Shown here piece after piece: positions 1 to 13,588 of a stretch of DNA of 64,000 nucleotides. Below the pieces are notes generated by a model. The model did no database searches and was not told the origin of the DNA. It worked only from the letters and a program-made list of their open reading frames with translations. This DNA comes from the human T2T-CHM13v2.0 reference genome, Homo sapiens, in assembly GCF_009914755.1 (NCBI RefSeq), contig NC_060929.1. One strand, written 5' to 3'. The stretch's first letter is position 1. Every line of letters starts with the position of its first letter. The translations under genes and the position numbers were made by a program.

Positions 1-72
1 AACTTGAACTCAGGAGTTCAAGACCAGTCTGGGCAACATAGTGAGACCCCATCTTAAAAACAAGAAAAAAAA
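1..72 (+). mobile_element. Alu left-monomer/FLAM 3' part, cut by window edge
   Basis: caggagttcaagaccagtctgggcaacatagtgagacccc plus A tail. Confidence 0.85.
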
Positions 73-204
73 TTAATCAGTTAAAAAAGAAAACAGAACC
101 ACAATATCAGTATCATACATAATAAAACTAATTCCTTAATATATCTAATACTCCGTATGTGTACAAATTTCCCTGATTGTTCTTCAAAAGTATTTTCATT
201 TAGT

Positions 205-1125
205 AGTTCTTTTATTTTCCAGACATTTTATTGGTAGCTATGTCATACATAGTTCCGGCAACTGGCCATGCCACTGCTCCATCTTCCCAAAACCTCTGCA
301 GGATCCATTTACTTCTTTTTGAACTGATCTGACTGAATTTGTCATAACTACAGCCCTACAACTTCAAAACCATAAACTAAACCTTCATGGGTTTGCTGAG
401 ACCAGCTTGTGGTTTTTCTGTGTTTTCTTTTCTACACGTAGTCTTCATCCATTGTCTAAGCTACTACTCTTAACCATAGCACTGGCTAGCACTTCAAAGG
501 CCACAAATGCCTCAAGGCTTGGGGCTACTCCTGCAACATTCTCTTCAGGTAATATGATTTAAAGGTAAATGCTTCTACACCCTCAGAAAAATGACTCCTT
601 CAAGAATTCTGAAATCCTTATGTTCAATAATAAGGACATATATTTACTCAATGACTTCAAACAGCGTCTCATCTTCAGATTGTTGTTGGGATGTTAGAGA
701 AAACAATGCGTTTATTTCAAAGTAAAAATTTAAATACCAAATTTTTTATGTCTTTAAATGTAGCAGAAATACTTCTCATTAAGAGGTTAGAAAATAAGCT
801 GAAATCATTCCCCTAAGCTGCTTTATATCTTTAGCACCATCTCTCCTAGTACTCGCTTAAACAGTAAAATGAAGCTTCATAGGAGATTTCAGAAAATAGT
901 CCTAGAAGCTGACTTGTAATATATCTGCTAACAAGACAATCTTAAATTCTTCTAAGGATTCTACTGCCCTACAGAAATTTGCACCTCAGTGATTTCAGCT
1001 TCTGCCATAAACTTTGCCAAAGCACAGACAAATTAAAATCCCAACCTAGGATCCATTTATTGTCCATAACACATGACATTGACAATATCCTGCAGAGCCG
1101 AAGGCAGTACTGACACCCATAAATG
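205..1125 (-). pseudogene. Possible ancient processed pseudogene, parent not recognised
   Basis: Minus strand gives protein-like fragments broken by stops and frameshifts (ALAKFMAEAEITEVQI, LGLFSEISYEASFYCL, SEDETLFEVIE, PEENVAGVAPSLEAFVAFEVLAS) and ends in AATAAA (227-232) followed by an A-rich stretch; no resemblance to repeats I know. Confidence 0.35.
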
Positions 1126-1135
1126 ACTTGGCACT

Positions 1136-1668
1136 TGTATTAGTTGAGATTTTCAGTGGCAGGTAGCAGAAAATCTAGCTTAAACTAGCTGAAACATTGA
1201 AGTGAATGTATGGATTATGCTGCAGAAAAACTAAAAGATATATCTGATTCCAAATAGCTTTCATTCAGCCCAGGAACTCAAGAATTAGGACAGGTATGCA
1301 GTTTCTTTTGGCTCCACTCCTCCAGGGTCGACTCCCTTTCACCAGGCCCTCTTCTTGTGGTCACACGATGGCTGCCAACAACTGTGGAGCTACTTTTTTC
1401 CAGAGAACTGGGAGTTTGCTTCCCCAACTCAAATCAACCTGAGAATTGAGACTCTTTGCCTCTTATTGGTCTGGAGTGGGGGAATGTTTTCATCCATGAA
1501 CCAATCATTGGCGGGAAGGATGGGGGAGAATGACCTACACTGATTGCCTAATCAGACTACACATGGAGGAAGGATCAGTCCTATCCAAACCATATGATTA
1601 AGAAATTCATAGTACTGCTAGGAAGAGGGAAGGGGTTATTGAGAAGGTAACGACAAATGTTCACTGTA
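1136..1668. mobile_element. Old MaLR/ERVL-type LTR relic (MLT1-like)
   Basis: Begins tgtattagtt...gcagaaaatctagcttaaactagct, as in recalled MLT1-class LTR ends; heavily diverged. Confidence 0.5.
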
Positions 1669-2359
1669 ATACTAAATCCAAAGTGGGCTGACTTGGGCTT
1701 TCTATCAGGGAAAAATACAAAGCAAAATACAGCTTCAAATAATTTGGTTTTTGCTTTGCATTCCATGAATTTGAACCCTGAAAGAGGCTTTAGGTAAACA
1801 CAGTTTATTTAACTTTTGGTACTGGTAGGTAATTTCTTCTTACAAGTATTCAATGTGATTGTAAAATTTTCATGTTACCACCAGTTGGTATTAGTAAACC
1901 AGGATAATAATTTCCAACAAAATCTTGTCACCTGAAGTTGTATCTTTAATATATTTCCCTAAATTATCAGTTACCTATATACTCTTTGACTCCCATCTTG
2001 CTTGATTCTTGCTTCTCAAACTACATTTCATAGTAATGCCAATATAGACTACTTCCTATAAAATAAAATAATAATGTTCTCAATTTTTGAGTATCAGAAG
2101 ACTACATATGTTATTCTCCTTTATCCTCTATGTTTCATATGTAATCAGTTTCCATTTTTGACATCTCATGTGTGTTGGCCCTTACTCTTGTTCCCTGCCA
2201 TCCCACTAATTTAAACTTGAATAATTCCATGCCTGGATTTCTCATGAGTCTCCTCGCTGACCATCCTGATGCAAAACTCTCCTTCTTCCAATCTGTTTGG
2301 CAAAATACTTCTATACTAATATTCCTTAAATAATTATAGCAACTGGTTATCAAGGGCTT

Positions 2360-2560
2360 ACTTTGTGCCAAGTGTTTTATAGCTCTTACCTCATTTTATT
2401 TGTTACAAAAATTCTATGACATAAGGTACCCCCATTTTATAGATGAGGAAATTAGACTCAGAAAAGTCAGGAATTTGCCCAAGGCTACAAACATCATAAG
2501 CAGCAAAACTGGTATTGGAAACCAGGTCAGTCACACGTCAAAGCCTGTGCTGCTTCCATC
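2360..2560 (-). mobile_element. MIR
   Basis: Core cccattttatagatgaggaaattagactcagaaaagtcaggaatttgcccaagg. Confidence 0.85.
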
Positions 2561-4048
2561 ACATCACATGCTGCTCTATGACTTCATGTCATGTCTGTTC
2601 TCAAAGAAGTTCCCTACTGCTGCCCTTCCCAAGGGTAAACGTCTCAGCATGGCTTTCAAGGCCTGCCGTAATTGTATCCCACCTAAAGATTTTTCTAGTT
2701 ACTTTCAATGTGTACATCTTTCGGCAGATATGTCTCTTCCATCTCCCTCCTGTAAACTGGCCCACATTCATTATCCTACACTTAGAAGAAAAAAAATCTC
2801 AATAATAATAATACATACTAACCTAAAGGTTAAGCAACAAAAGTAACTAAAGTAGAAAATGAAGTCTACTATATTTGGAGTGAACATGGAATGGGATGGA
2901 ATAGAGATCATAAATGTCTAGTTGCATACGTTACTCTAGTTAAAAAAGACATGGTAATGTTTACATTTTAACTAGCTAGCATCAAAATGGCCACATCAAA
3001 GTGGCCACATAAAAATACTCTGTTTCTGGTTTTTCTTGCCTTGTTTGCTTTCTTTTCTGCTGTCTGCCTGTTTAAGTCCCAGTCATCTTTCAGGGCCTAC
3101 CTGAAGTCACACCTCTTGAACCCTACTCCCTGGTCCCCTTTGTTTTCCCCCAAAACCTTAGCACCCACCAGAGGATACTCCCTTTTTAAACTGAACTTCT
3201 TCACTGCTCATAAATAAAACACAAAACCAAGAAAAGCATAAAACTTTAGCATCAGGAAATCTTTCCTGACTGCTCTAGTTCTCATTGACTTTCTACTGTC
3301 TACTTACAGCCTGTACCACAAAACTAGCATTTAATTACATACTATTTGTATTGTTTGTTCCATATGTGTTAGAGTAGGTAACAAGCTTGTGGGTGGAATT
3401 AGATTATGGGGAACCAGGCTAGGGAATGGATTTACAGGGTTGATGAGTACTCTACAAGGCAGGCATGGAAACAGCTAGCCCTGCGAAATTACACGGAGTT
3501 GAGTTGTGAATTTATAGCAGGGGTCTGGAGCAAGTCCTGAGCCAGGGCTTGCACACAAGTTTGAAGTCAGAACATGTCAGTATGTCCAAGATGAGAATTT
3601 GGCTTAAAATCTAGAAATCTACAGAAATGAGTGAGGGTATGGCAGGCCATGGATTCATAATAAAAAATGATGATATAGTATCCTTAGTTCAAATATTGTG
3701 TAAAATATAATTGATATGTAACATCAAAAACATTAAAATAACATCAGAACCACATTTTTAAAAATCACCCAATTTCACCAAAATTATACACATTTATCTT
3801 TTGGCTCAGCAATTCCACTTCTAGGAAATTATCCTAAAGAAATATTCATGCAACTGTACATAATGTTTACATTTAACATTGTTGATAAAAGCAAAAGATA
3901 AAATGGAAACAACCCAAATATCCATCTAAGTGTTTGTTTGCTTACATATTCCCCTATTATCCACACATACAGTAGAATAATAGCCAGATATTAAAACAGA
4001 GATAGATTTATGAACACTGGCATGAAAAGAGGTCCTAAATATATTTTA

Positions 4049-4339
4049 GGCTGGGTGCAGTGGCTCCCACCTTTAATCCCAACACTTTAGGAGGCTGAAG
4101 CAGGAGGTCACTTGAGACCAGGAGTTTGAAACTAGCCTGGGCAATATGGCGAAACTACATCTCTACAAAAAAATACAAAAATTAGCCAGGTGTGGTGGCA
4201 CATACCTATAGTCCTAGCTACTTGGGAGGCTGAGAGGAGGGAGGATCGCTTGAGCCCCAGAGGCGGAGGCTGCAGTGACACATGATTGAGCCACTGCACT
4301 CCAGTCCAGGTGACAGAGTGAGATCCTGTCTCAAAAAAA
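4049..4339 (+). mobile_element. AluJ within an old L1M fragment
   Basis: Dimeric Alu; flanking L1M sequence cagcaattccacttctagg at about 3808. Confidence 0.9.
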
Positions 4340-4341
4340 TA

Positions 4342-4389
<48 letters not shown>
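4342..4389. repeat. Compound (TG)n(TA)n microsatellite at the Alu tail
   Basis: About 11 TG then about 12 TA units read directly. Confidence 0.95.
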
Positions 4390-4479
4390 CTTTTTTTAAA
4401 AAGAAAGTTTCAGAACAGTATATACAGCATGATTTCTTTAAAATATCAGTCACACAGGTAAAATCATATATATAATAAA

Positions 4480-5172
4480 ATTTATTTCATTTTATTTTAT
4501 TTTATTTTTAGAGATAGGGTCTTGCTCTGTCAGGCGGGAGTGCAGTGGTGCAATCATAGCTGACTGTAGCCATGAATTCCTGGGTTCGAGCCATCTTCCT
4601 GCCTCAGCCTCCAGAGCAGCTGGAACTAGAGGCACGCACCACCTCGCCCAGCTAATTTTTTTTTTTTTTGCAGGAACAAGGTTTTTACTATGTTGCCCAG
4701 GCTTAAAATTTTTTGTAAAATATATTTTAAAAAAGAATTATCACCTGACCTGGAGTGAAAATCACCTGGAGTGAATGTTAAAAAAGTGCATATTCCTACA
4801 CTTCAAACTAGATCTACTGAATCACAATCTCTGATGATAGGACCCAAGAGTCTGCATAACAATCATCTCATATGACTTTTATGCCCAATAAAGATTGAGA
4901 ATTATTGGATTAATATGATACTTAACAGTGGCCACTTCCAGAAAATGGGACTTGGAGGGCAACGAGGGCTTTCCCTTTCATTTTACTTTATACACTTTTT
5001 GTTTTAAAATTTTATTTTTTATTTTTTGAGACAGGGTTTCACTCTATCACCCAGGCTGTAGTGTAATGGTGGGATCACAGCTCACTGCAGCCTCAAACTC
5101 CTGGGTTCAAAAAACTCTCCCGCCTCAGCCTCCAAAGGACTAGGATTACAGGCATGAGCCACCGTGCCAGCC
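4480..5172 (-). mobile_element. Two antisense AluJ/monomer fragments (4480-4702, 5010-5172) around a MER5-like relic (about 4740-4905)
   Basis: Alu motifs; MER5-like aatcacctggag...agatctactgaatcacaatctctg. Confidence 0.8.
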
Positions 5173-5308
5173 TAAAATTTTTATAAACATTTATTACATA
5201 TACACTAATCTATATCTACTAGAGATTTTTGAGGTTCAAATGATTGAAACATTAAATATTGATTGTCTGGGTCATATTAATGAGAAAATCTATTACCAAT
5301 TGAGCTTA

Positions 5309-5650
<342 letters not shown>

Positions 5651-5712
5651 GAGAGAAAAGACTACCTAAGGCTATAAATTTGGCAACATATAACAAATTA
5701 TTAAACTTTTCC

Positions 5713-6130
5713 TTCATTCATTCAACAAATATTTGCTGAGCAGCTGTGTTCCAGGTACCCTTCTATGTGCCAAAGATAGAGTGAAGAATTTTAGGCAAGA
5801 TTTCTACCCTTGAGGAGGTTACTTTAGAGTTGGGGAGGAAAGACAGATTGAGAAAAGTGGGGGTAAGGTGAGGGACAAGGAAAGGCTTTTTCCAGGAGTG
5901 ATTTTTGACTGAGACCTGGAAGATGAATCAGTCACATGAAAAGATGAGCAAGAGCAGCCATCCTGATCAGAGATCTTGACTGATTTAAGGGACAGAAAGG
6001 AGTTCTGCGAAAATGGAGCAGAGTGAGAGGAGAGCAGCACCAGACGAGGCTGCCGAGGAAGCCAGAGCTAGATCGCGTACAGTTTTGTAAAGAATTCAGA
6101 TTTTATTCTGGGAAGCCAGCGATAGGTATT
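5713..6130 (-). mobile_element. L2 3' end
   Basis: ttcattcattcaacaaatatttgctgagc terminal motif followed by purine-rich L2 body. Confidence 0.8.
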
Positions 6131-6263
6131 AAGAAAAAAATGATATTATCTCTTTTGCATGATCTAAGTGATCAGCAGCCTTTCACCTGGTATTTTCACT
6201 TAGCTGAATGTGAATACAAATGTCTGGTTTGAAACTCCTGAGCTCAACGGATCTTCCTATCTA

Positions 6264-6668
<405 letters not shown>

Positions 6669-7280
6669 CTATCACATTTTATTTCATTTGTCCTCACAAA
6701 AACTTTCTGTGATTGAGAGAATGTAAGTTATTATTCCAGGTTGATCAAAGAGGTAACTGAGATACTGAGCAGTTTAAGAAGTTAACTCATTGAACAAATG
6801 TCTGAGTGCAGACTATATAATCCTAATAAAAACAGTAGTTCTTAGTAGGGTATATATCTTAGTGATTAATTAGTAGTTACTAATTCAGGATCTTATTAGT
6901 AGTAGTTCTAGTTAGGATTATATATCTTGTTAATGTCTCAGCCAGAGTTAGAATATTTGATCCAGGATGTTGATGGAAACATAGCCACATGGCATGTATT
7001 TATGGCTGCTCTTTAGGAAGCCACTAGCATACAAAGCCCATAATGAAAGTCTTGGTAAATACATATGCTGATGTGTACCAAAAAAAGTAAGCCTTTTGGG
7101 TATGTCTTATAAAGGAAAGGTTTTGTGTTTGTTAAGTGTTATGTCATACATTTTTATGGAGCAAAACAATGTACATATTTTAAAAATACCTTTTATATGG
7201 ATTAAAGGTTAAGATTAACCATATAAACCACAGAGTGTAAGGTATGTGTCAGCAACCACGATACAAAATAATATTTTATT

Positions 7281-7777
<497 letters not shown>

Positions 7778-8134
7778 TCAAATTTCACTTGAAACAGGGG
7801 TACTCAAGTGTGTCATTTCTGGAATGTAAAAGAAGTTATTTTCCACATTGTCTATCCAGTGTGGTTTTTTTTCCATAGAAATTATATGCACTTTAGAATG
7901 GATTCAATAGAATTGTTCTTTTGACAGGTATACCTTCAATATGTTCAAGCTACAGATGAAGCCAGTCTTTTAACAGTTTTTTAAGGACCTACATGATTAC
8001 TTACATTAGATAGAAAACTCTAGGCACACATATATCCACATAAGCATTGATGTATATATCCAGTTTCCAATTTTAAAATTTTAAATTGTATATTTGTAGT
8101 TATTGTTACAGGGAGATTATCAATGACTAGGGAA

Positions 8135-8494
<360 letters not shown>

Positions 8495-9692
8495 CTATCA
8501 ATTGCCAGTACTACAAGCAGGAGTTAGACGTTTGGAGGTTTTCACACGGTGCTATAAATACAGTTTCCAGGGCCCCGGTACACGTGGCCTTCCTGCTCTG
8601 CCAGGATGGAGAGTCTTGCTTTCCACATTGCTGATGTGGTCAGACTAATTAAATTATTGCAAAAAGACACATTCCCTAGTCAACCTTATGTGTCTGCCTT
8701 CTTCCCTTGAGTCACAGTTGTTGGCTTTACAGGCCAAGGCAAGTAAGTCTTGAACCCTCAGCAGAAACAGGGCACCAGCATCGGATGCCTCATAACCTGA
8801 ACAGTTAAGGACGCCCCACCACAGAGCTTCTTTCTGAGTGTGATAAACTATAAGGCAAGACTGTAAAGGGGTGGATCTTCATTTCGATTTAGGGTAGGTG
8901 ACACCTCAAGGGTGTTTCTTCCCTTCCAGCGTAACTGGATGGGAAACCTACACCAAGTGTGCTTGGGAGGGCTGCTTGGGTCAGCTACCTGTAAGTGGAA
9001 ATAGGGGGTGCCACCTTCCGATGAAAACCCGGATCCCGTACTGTCAACGGAGGGCCCTTGAATTCACATCCCTCAGCCCGCTAGAAAGCCCCTGAAACCA
9101 CGTGGCCTTTAACCCATTCCGGCAACAGCGCCAATTCCCGGAAGCGAGAGGGCAAGAAAGCTCGGCGCGACGCTTCCCGCGTCTTCTAGGCCGCGCGCTG
9201 AAATCAAACGCGACGCCGGCTAGCTGTGGGCCGGGCCGAGCGCTCAACGCTCCAGCGGCTGGGTAAGCCGCGGCCGCCGCCCACCCCGCTGCAGAGCTGG
9301 GCGGGGCCGCCTGGAGGCAGCGGGGAGAGGCCAGCCGAAAAGGAAGAAGAGACGCCGGAGGCGCGCTCTGCGCAGGCGCGCGGCGCCCCGCCTCCCCAGC
9401 GTCGGCTCCCCGGCGGGCGGTGCGGGCCCTCCCACTCTACCCCGCGCCGTTTCACGGCCCCGGCCCTAGCTTCACCCCGACTACCCGGCGTGCGCGTCCT
9501 CCTGCCGGCCTGCAGGCCCGGGGCCTCCGCCTGCTTCCCCACAGCTGCTCCTTGCGGCCCCGCTTGCGTTCACGCTGTCGCCCGGGCCGGCGCGGCCGCG
9601 GGCAACCGCTCCCCCTCCCACACCTACCCCGCCCCCTCCCCGCCTTTTCCGCCCTCCGGTCCCCCTCCCTCGGCCCGCTGCTGCTGCTCCAG

Positions 9693-9701
9693 ATGAGGTG
9701 A
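9693..9701 (+). promoter_or_regulatory. Minimal uORF ATG-AGG-TGA whose stop overlaps the KIF2A start codon
   Basis: Sequence ccagATGAGGTGAtggca; the A of TGA (9701) is the A of the main ATG. Confidence 0.7.
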
Positions 9702-9764
9702 TGGCAACGGCCAACTTCGGCAAGATCCAGATCGGGATTTACGTGGAGATCAAGCGCAGCGATG
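9701..9764 (+). CDS. KIF2A: KIF2A coding exon 1 (MATANFGKIQIGIYVEIKRSD/G)
   Basis: Recognisable KIF2A N-terminus; ATG in context GTG-ATG-G; donor G|GTGAGC; 64 nt, ends in phase 1. Confidence 0.97.
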
Positions 9765-10822
9765 GTGAGCCGCGCTGCCAGCCCCGCTGGCCCGCTCGGC
9801 CCCGTGTTCGGGTGTGCACGGAGGGGACGCGGGCGCCGGCCGCCTCATTGATTGCTTCGCCGGGCTGTGGGGGTGGGAAGGCGGCGGCCGCGGCGCTTTT
9901 GTGTGTGGCGTGTGTGCCAGTGAGGCCGGCTTGGGGTCCGCCCGGGCGCTGCTGCAGTTCTCCGGATCGGGCCGCGGGGGAGGGAAGCCGGGTGGGGAAA
10001 GGGCCCGGGTGTCGAGGGTCGCGTCTCCGGGGGTCTCTGGGCGAGGGCCGCTCGCTCCTCCTCCCGCAATCTCCAGCCCCCCCCCGGGGACACCAGCCCG
10101 GGAGGGAGCGGGCTTCGTTAGGGATGACCCTGCCTCGCGCTTCCCCTTGGTCTTTGCATTTTACCGGCTTGGCCTCTGACGGGGATGGGGATGGGGGTGG
10201 GGGAGCGGGAAGACCAGCGATTTCACATTTAGAGAACCGACTGCTGGTCGGAGGCCGAGATGGGGGGAAAGAGCCAGTTCCGTCGCCTTAAACTGCCGTC
10301 TGGTTGTCAGGCCTCCCCGGTTTCGTCGTCGACCATGCTGCTTTCTTTTTTGCCACTTCCTTGGGAGAAAAATGTGGAGAATATCGCGCTGAGCCATGAA
10401 TAAGGGTGGGGGAGCAATGGGAAGAAATATTCGATGGGCTTCTCCAAGGTGATGAGACTGTAAAGGGAATGATAGGGGATGGGCAGAGTCAATGCGAGGC
10501 ACTGCTGAGAGAGTGGGGGTGGGCGACCGGATGTTGATATTTTCACACCCTCGGGAGAGGTAACTGAGAAAAGTGTAAGGCGAGGTGAAGACACATGCTT
10601 CATTTTTTTTTTTAAGAGCCTTAGGCTTATGTATCTTTCTCTAGGTTTCTCTTGGGGAAAATGGTTTATGACACTAGCTTGGGGTGTGGAGTGAGATACG
10701 CCAGCCAGACTGGAAATAATTCATATTGTAAAGGAATAAATGCACGGAGGGAGATAAGTAAAATTATTTTCTTTCGGTACCAATATTGAAAGAACGAGAG
10801 ATGTGTGATAATCTCGAGTTGA

Positions 10823-11146
<324 letters not shown>

Positions 11147-11619
11147 TCGATTCCTTTTATGAGTGCCTTATTTATTAACCTTTAGCCTAGCCTAGTCAGT
11201 AGTAACTTGGCTGTCACGTCCACGTGCCCCTTGGATTCTGCCAGGTTTGACCAAGTTACGTGAAGCTAGATTGATTTTCATGTTGTGTGTATGATATATT
11301 GGAAGACCCTATATAGCTAATGATTTTTTCCTCCGTTATATTTGAAGTAATTTGTGGTAACAACTGAAACCATCGTTATCCTGTATATGAAAAGATAAAT
11401 TATACCGCTTAGAGCTTTAGAAATTACCAATAACACTAATGGGAAAGAGATACCTTCTTTACTTGGGTTGAGGTTTCTTTTATATTTTCTCTTCAGATTA
11501 CTTTCTTGAAAGAGTGCTGTTAATGTCATTTTTTTAGGTAAATACGAGTTCACAGTATACCAGCAAAAGTAGGATTTACATATTATTTTGAAGATTCTGG
11601 GTGCACAGCAACACCTGTC

Positions 11620-12258
11620 CCTGGTATACACCCAAGGGAGAGGAAATCACCACCTTGTGAAGATATCTGCACTCTCGCGTTCATTGCAGCATTATTCACA
11701 GTAGCCAAGATAGGGAAGCAACCTAAATGTCCATCGATGGGTGAGGAATGGCTAAAGAAATTATGTGTGTGTGTATACGTTTATGTGTGTGTATAGACAA
11801 TGTACAATGGAACATTATTCAGCCTTAAAAAAGGAGATCCTACTGTTTACCACAACATAGATGGACCTGAAGGACGTTATGTTAAATGAGATAAGCCAGA
11901 CACCAAGGAAAATATTGCATAATCTCACTCATATGTAGAATATTTTTTTAAGGAGCTAAAATACACAGAACGAAACAGTGGTTACTACTGGTGGTGGGGA
12001 AGGAGAGGAAATGGGGAGATATAGGTCAAGGATACAAAATAGCAGATATGTAGGATGAACAAGTTTAGAGATACAGGGGGACCAATGTTAGTAAAATTGT
12101 ATTAGAGATTTTTGTTAAATAAGTGGATTTTAGCAGCTCTTGTTAAAGTAATTATGTGAAATGATAGCTATATTAATCTGCTTCACCATTTTGCTGTCTA
12201 TATTCCATAGCATCATGTTGTAAACCTCAGTTGCACAATGAAATTTATTTTTTAAAAA
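11620..12258 (+). mobile_element. L1MA-type 3' end
   Basis: ttcattgcagcattattcacagtagccaagata...aatgtccatcgatg, then 3'UTR ending in an A-rich tail. Confidence 0.88.
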
Positions 12259-13303
12259 ATTAGGGTGCAATAAAATGTGTAAATTCTTTACACTCATAAG
12301 TATGAGTATAGGTGTTAACTTTGAAATCGTATCAGAAAAAGTATATGATATTTGATTTATACATTTTAATTTCTACGGAGCATATTTTATTTAAATTTAT
12401 TGAACTTGAAGCAATTTTCGTTCTTTTCAGCCTTCACCTTCAGCCTATACCAGAAGTTCCCAGACATACAAGAGCTTTGTGTTCTTACATAAGTGCTACT
12501 AACCTAAAGCCACATTTCAAAAGCGGTTTGCCTATAAGAAATTAGGGAAGTCATCACAGTGTGTTATTATCCTAACCTATGGTCATGTATCTTTTTATGT
12601 GCCTCAGATGCATGATGGAGTTGGTGGAAGGCAGGAGATTAGTAGAGAACTTCGAAAGAACAGAAGGATCATTTGCATTGGACAGTAGTGTTTCACAATA
12701 GAAATTGATGTCTGGGAGAATGCCCCTCAAGCTTTCCCTTTTTCACTTTAAAGAAGCTTGTTTGCTTCCTCTCACTTCCATAACGTCTATATTGGATAAA
12801 ACACTAGTGGTTATTATAACAAAAATAAACTTTGCAGTTGGAGGAACACTAATATCTGAGACAGTAGAAATGACATGAGTAAAGAAGGGCTGCTTCAGAC
12901 CATTATTAACTGGTGACTTGATGTTTTTCTTTTGGCTTGCTGATGGCGATCCATGTCCCTATTTCAGACCACACTTTTCCCATCAGTGATACTCTTACAC
13001 TAATAAACATATCCCAAGGGCAAACAGGTACACTAAAATGAGCTTATTCCTATCTTTCAAGACCATGATGAAAACTATCCTAATGAGTCTTCACTGATTA
13101 CTAAAACCAGATGGCCAGTCAGCATCTGAATTCCTAAATCATTCTGTATTATTCATGAGACAGCATATTTCCTTAAGTATTAATGTTTGGGTCTGTAACT
13201 TTTTTTTTTCCACTCCTCTCAGCTCATACCTATGGGTACATATTCTTAATACTATGTTTTTAAACTGCATGGGGTAATGGGACTTACTAATAACTAATAA
13301 TTC

Positions 13304-13588
<285 letters not shown>

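Larger units (their letters stand above)
9030..10560 (+). promoter_or_regulatory. KIF2A: CpG island / KIF2A promoter, 5'UTR and proximal intron 1
   Basis: Abrupt GC- and CpG-rich block in an AT-rich, CpG-depleted background. Motifs: E-box CCACGTGG 9098-9105, CCAAT 9131-9135, TTCCCGGAAG (STAT/ETS-like) 9135-9144, NRF1-like TGCGCAGGCGC 9369-9379, several GC boxes; no obvious TATA box. The TSS cannot be fixed from sequence. Confidence 0.9.

Noticed and set aside
2400-2846. 148-aa ORF upstream of the gene
   Set aside because: Begins at a non-ATG codon inside a MIR; no splice or domain support
9677-9689. (CTG)4 in the 5'UTR as an expandable repeat
   Set aside because: Too short to be notable without polymorphism data
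9698-10291. 197-aa ORF starting at the KIF2A N-terminus
   Set aside because: Only the first 21 codons are KIF2A; the rest reads through the GTGAGC donor into GC-rich intron where stops are scarce
9044-10603. Many overlapping 60-160 aa ORFs on both strands
   Set aside because: Low-complexity Pro/Arg/Gly/Ala products expected in a CpG island; no recognisable domain
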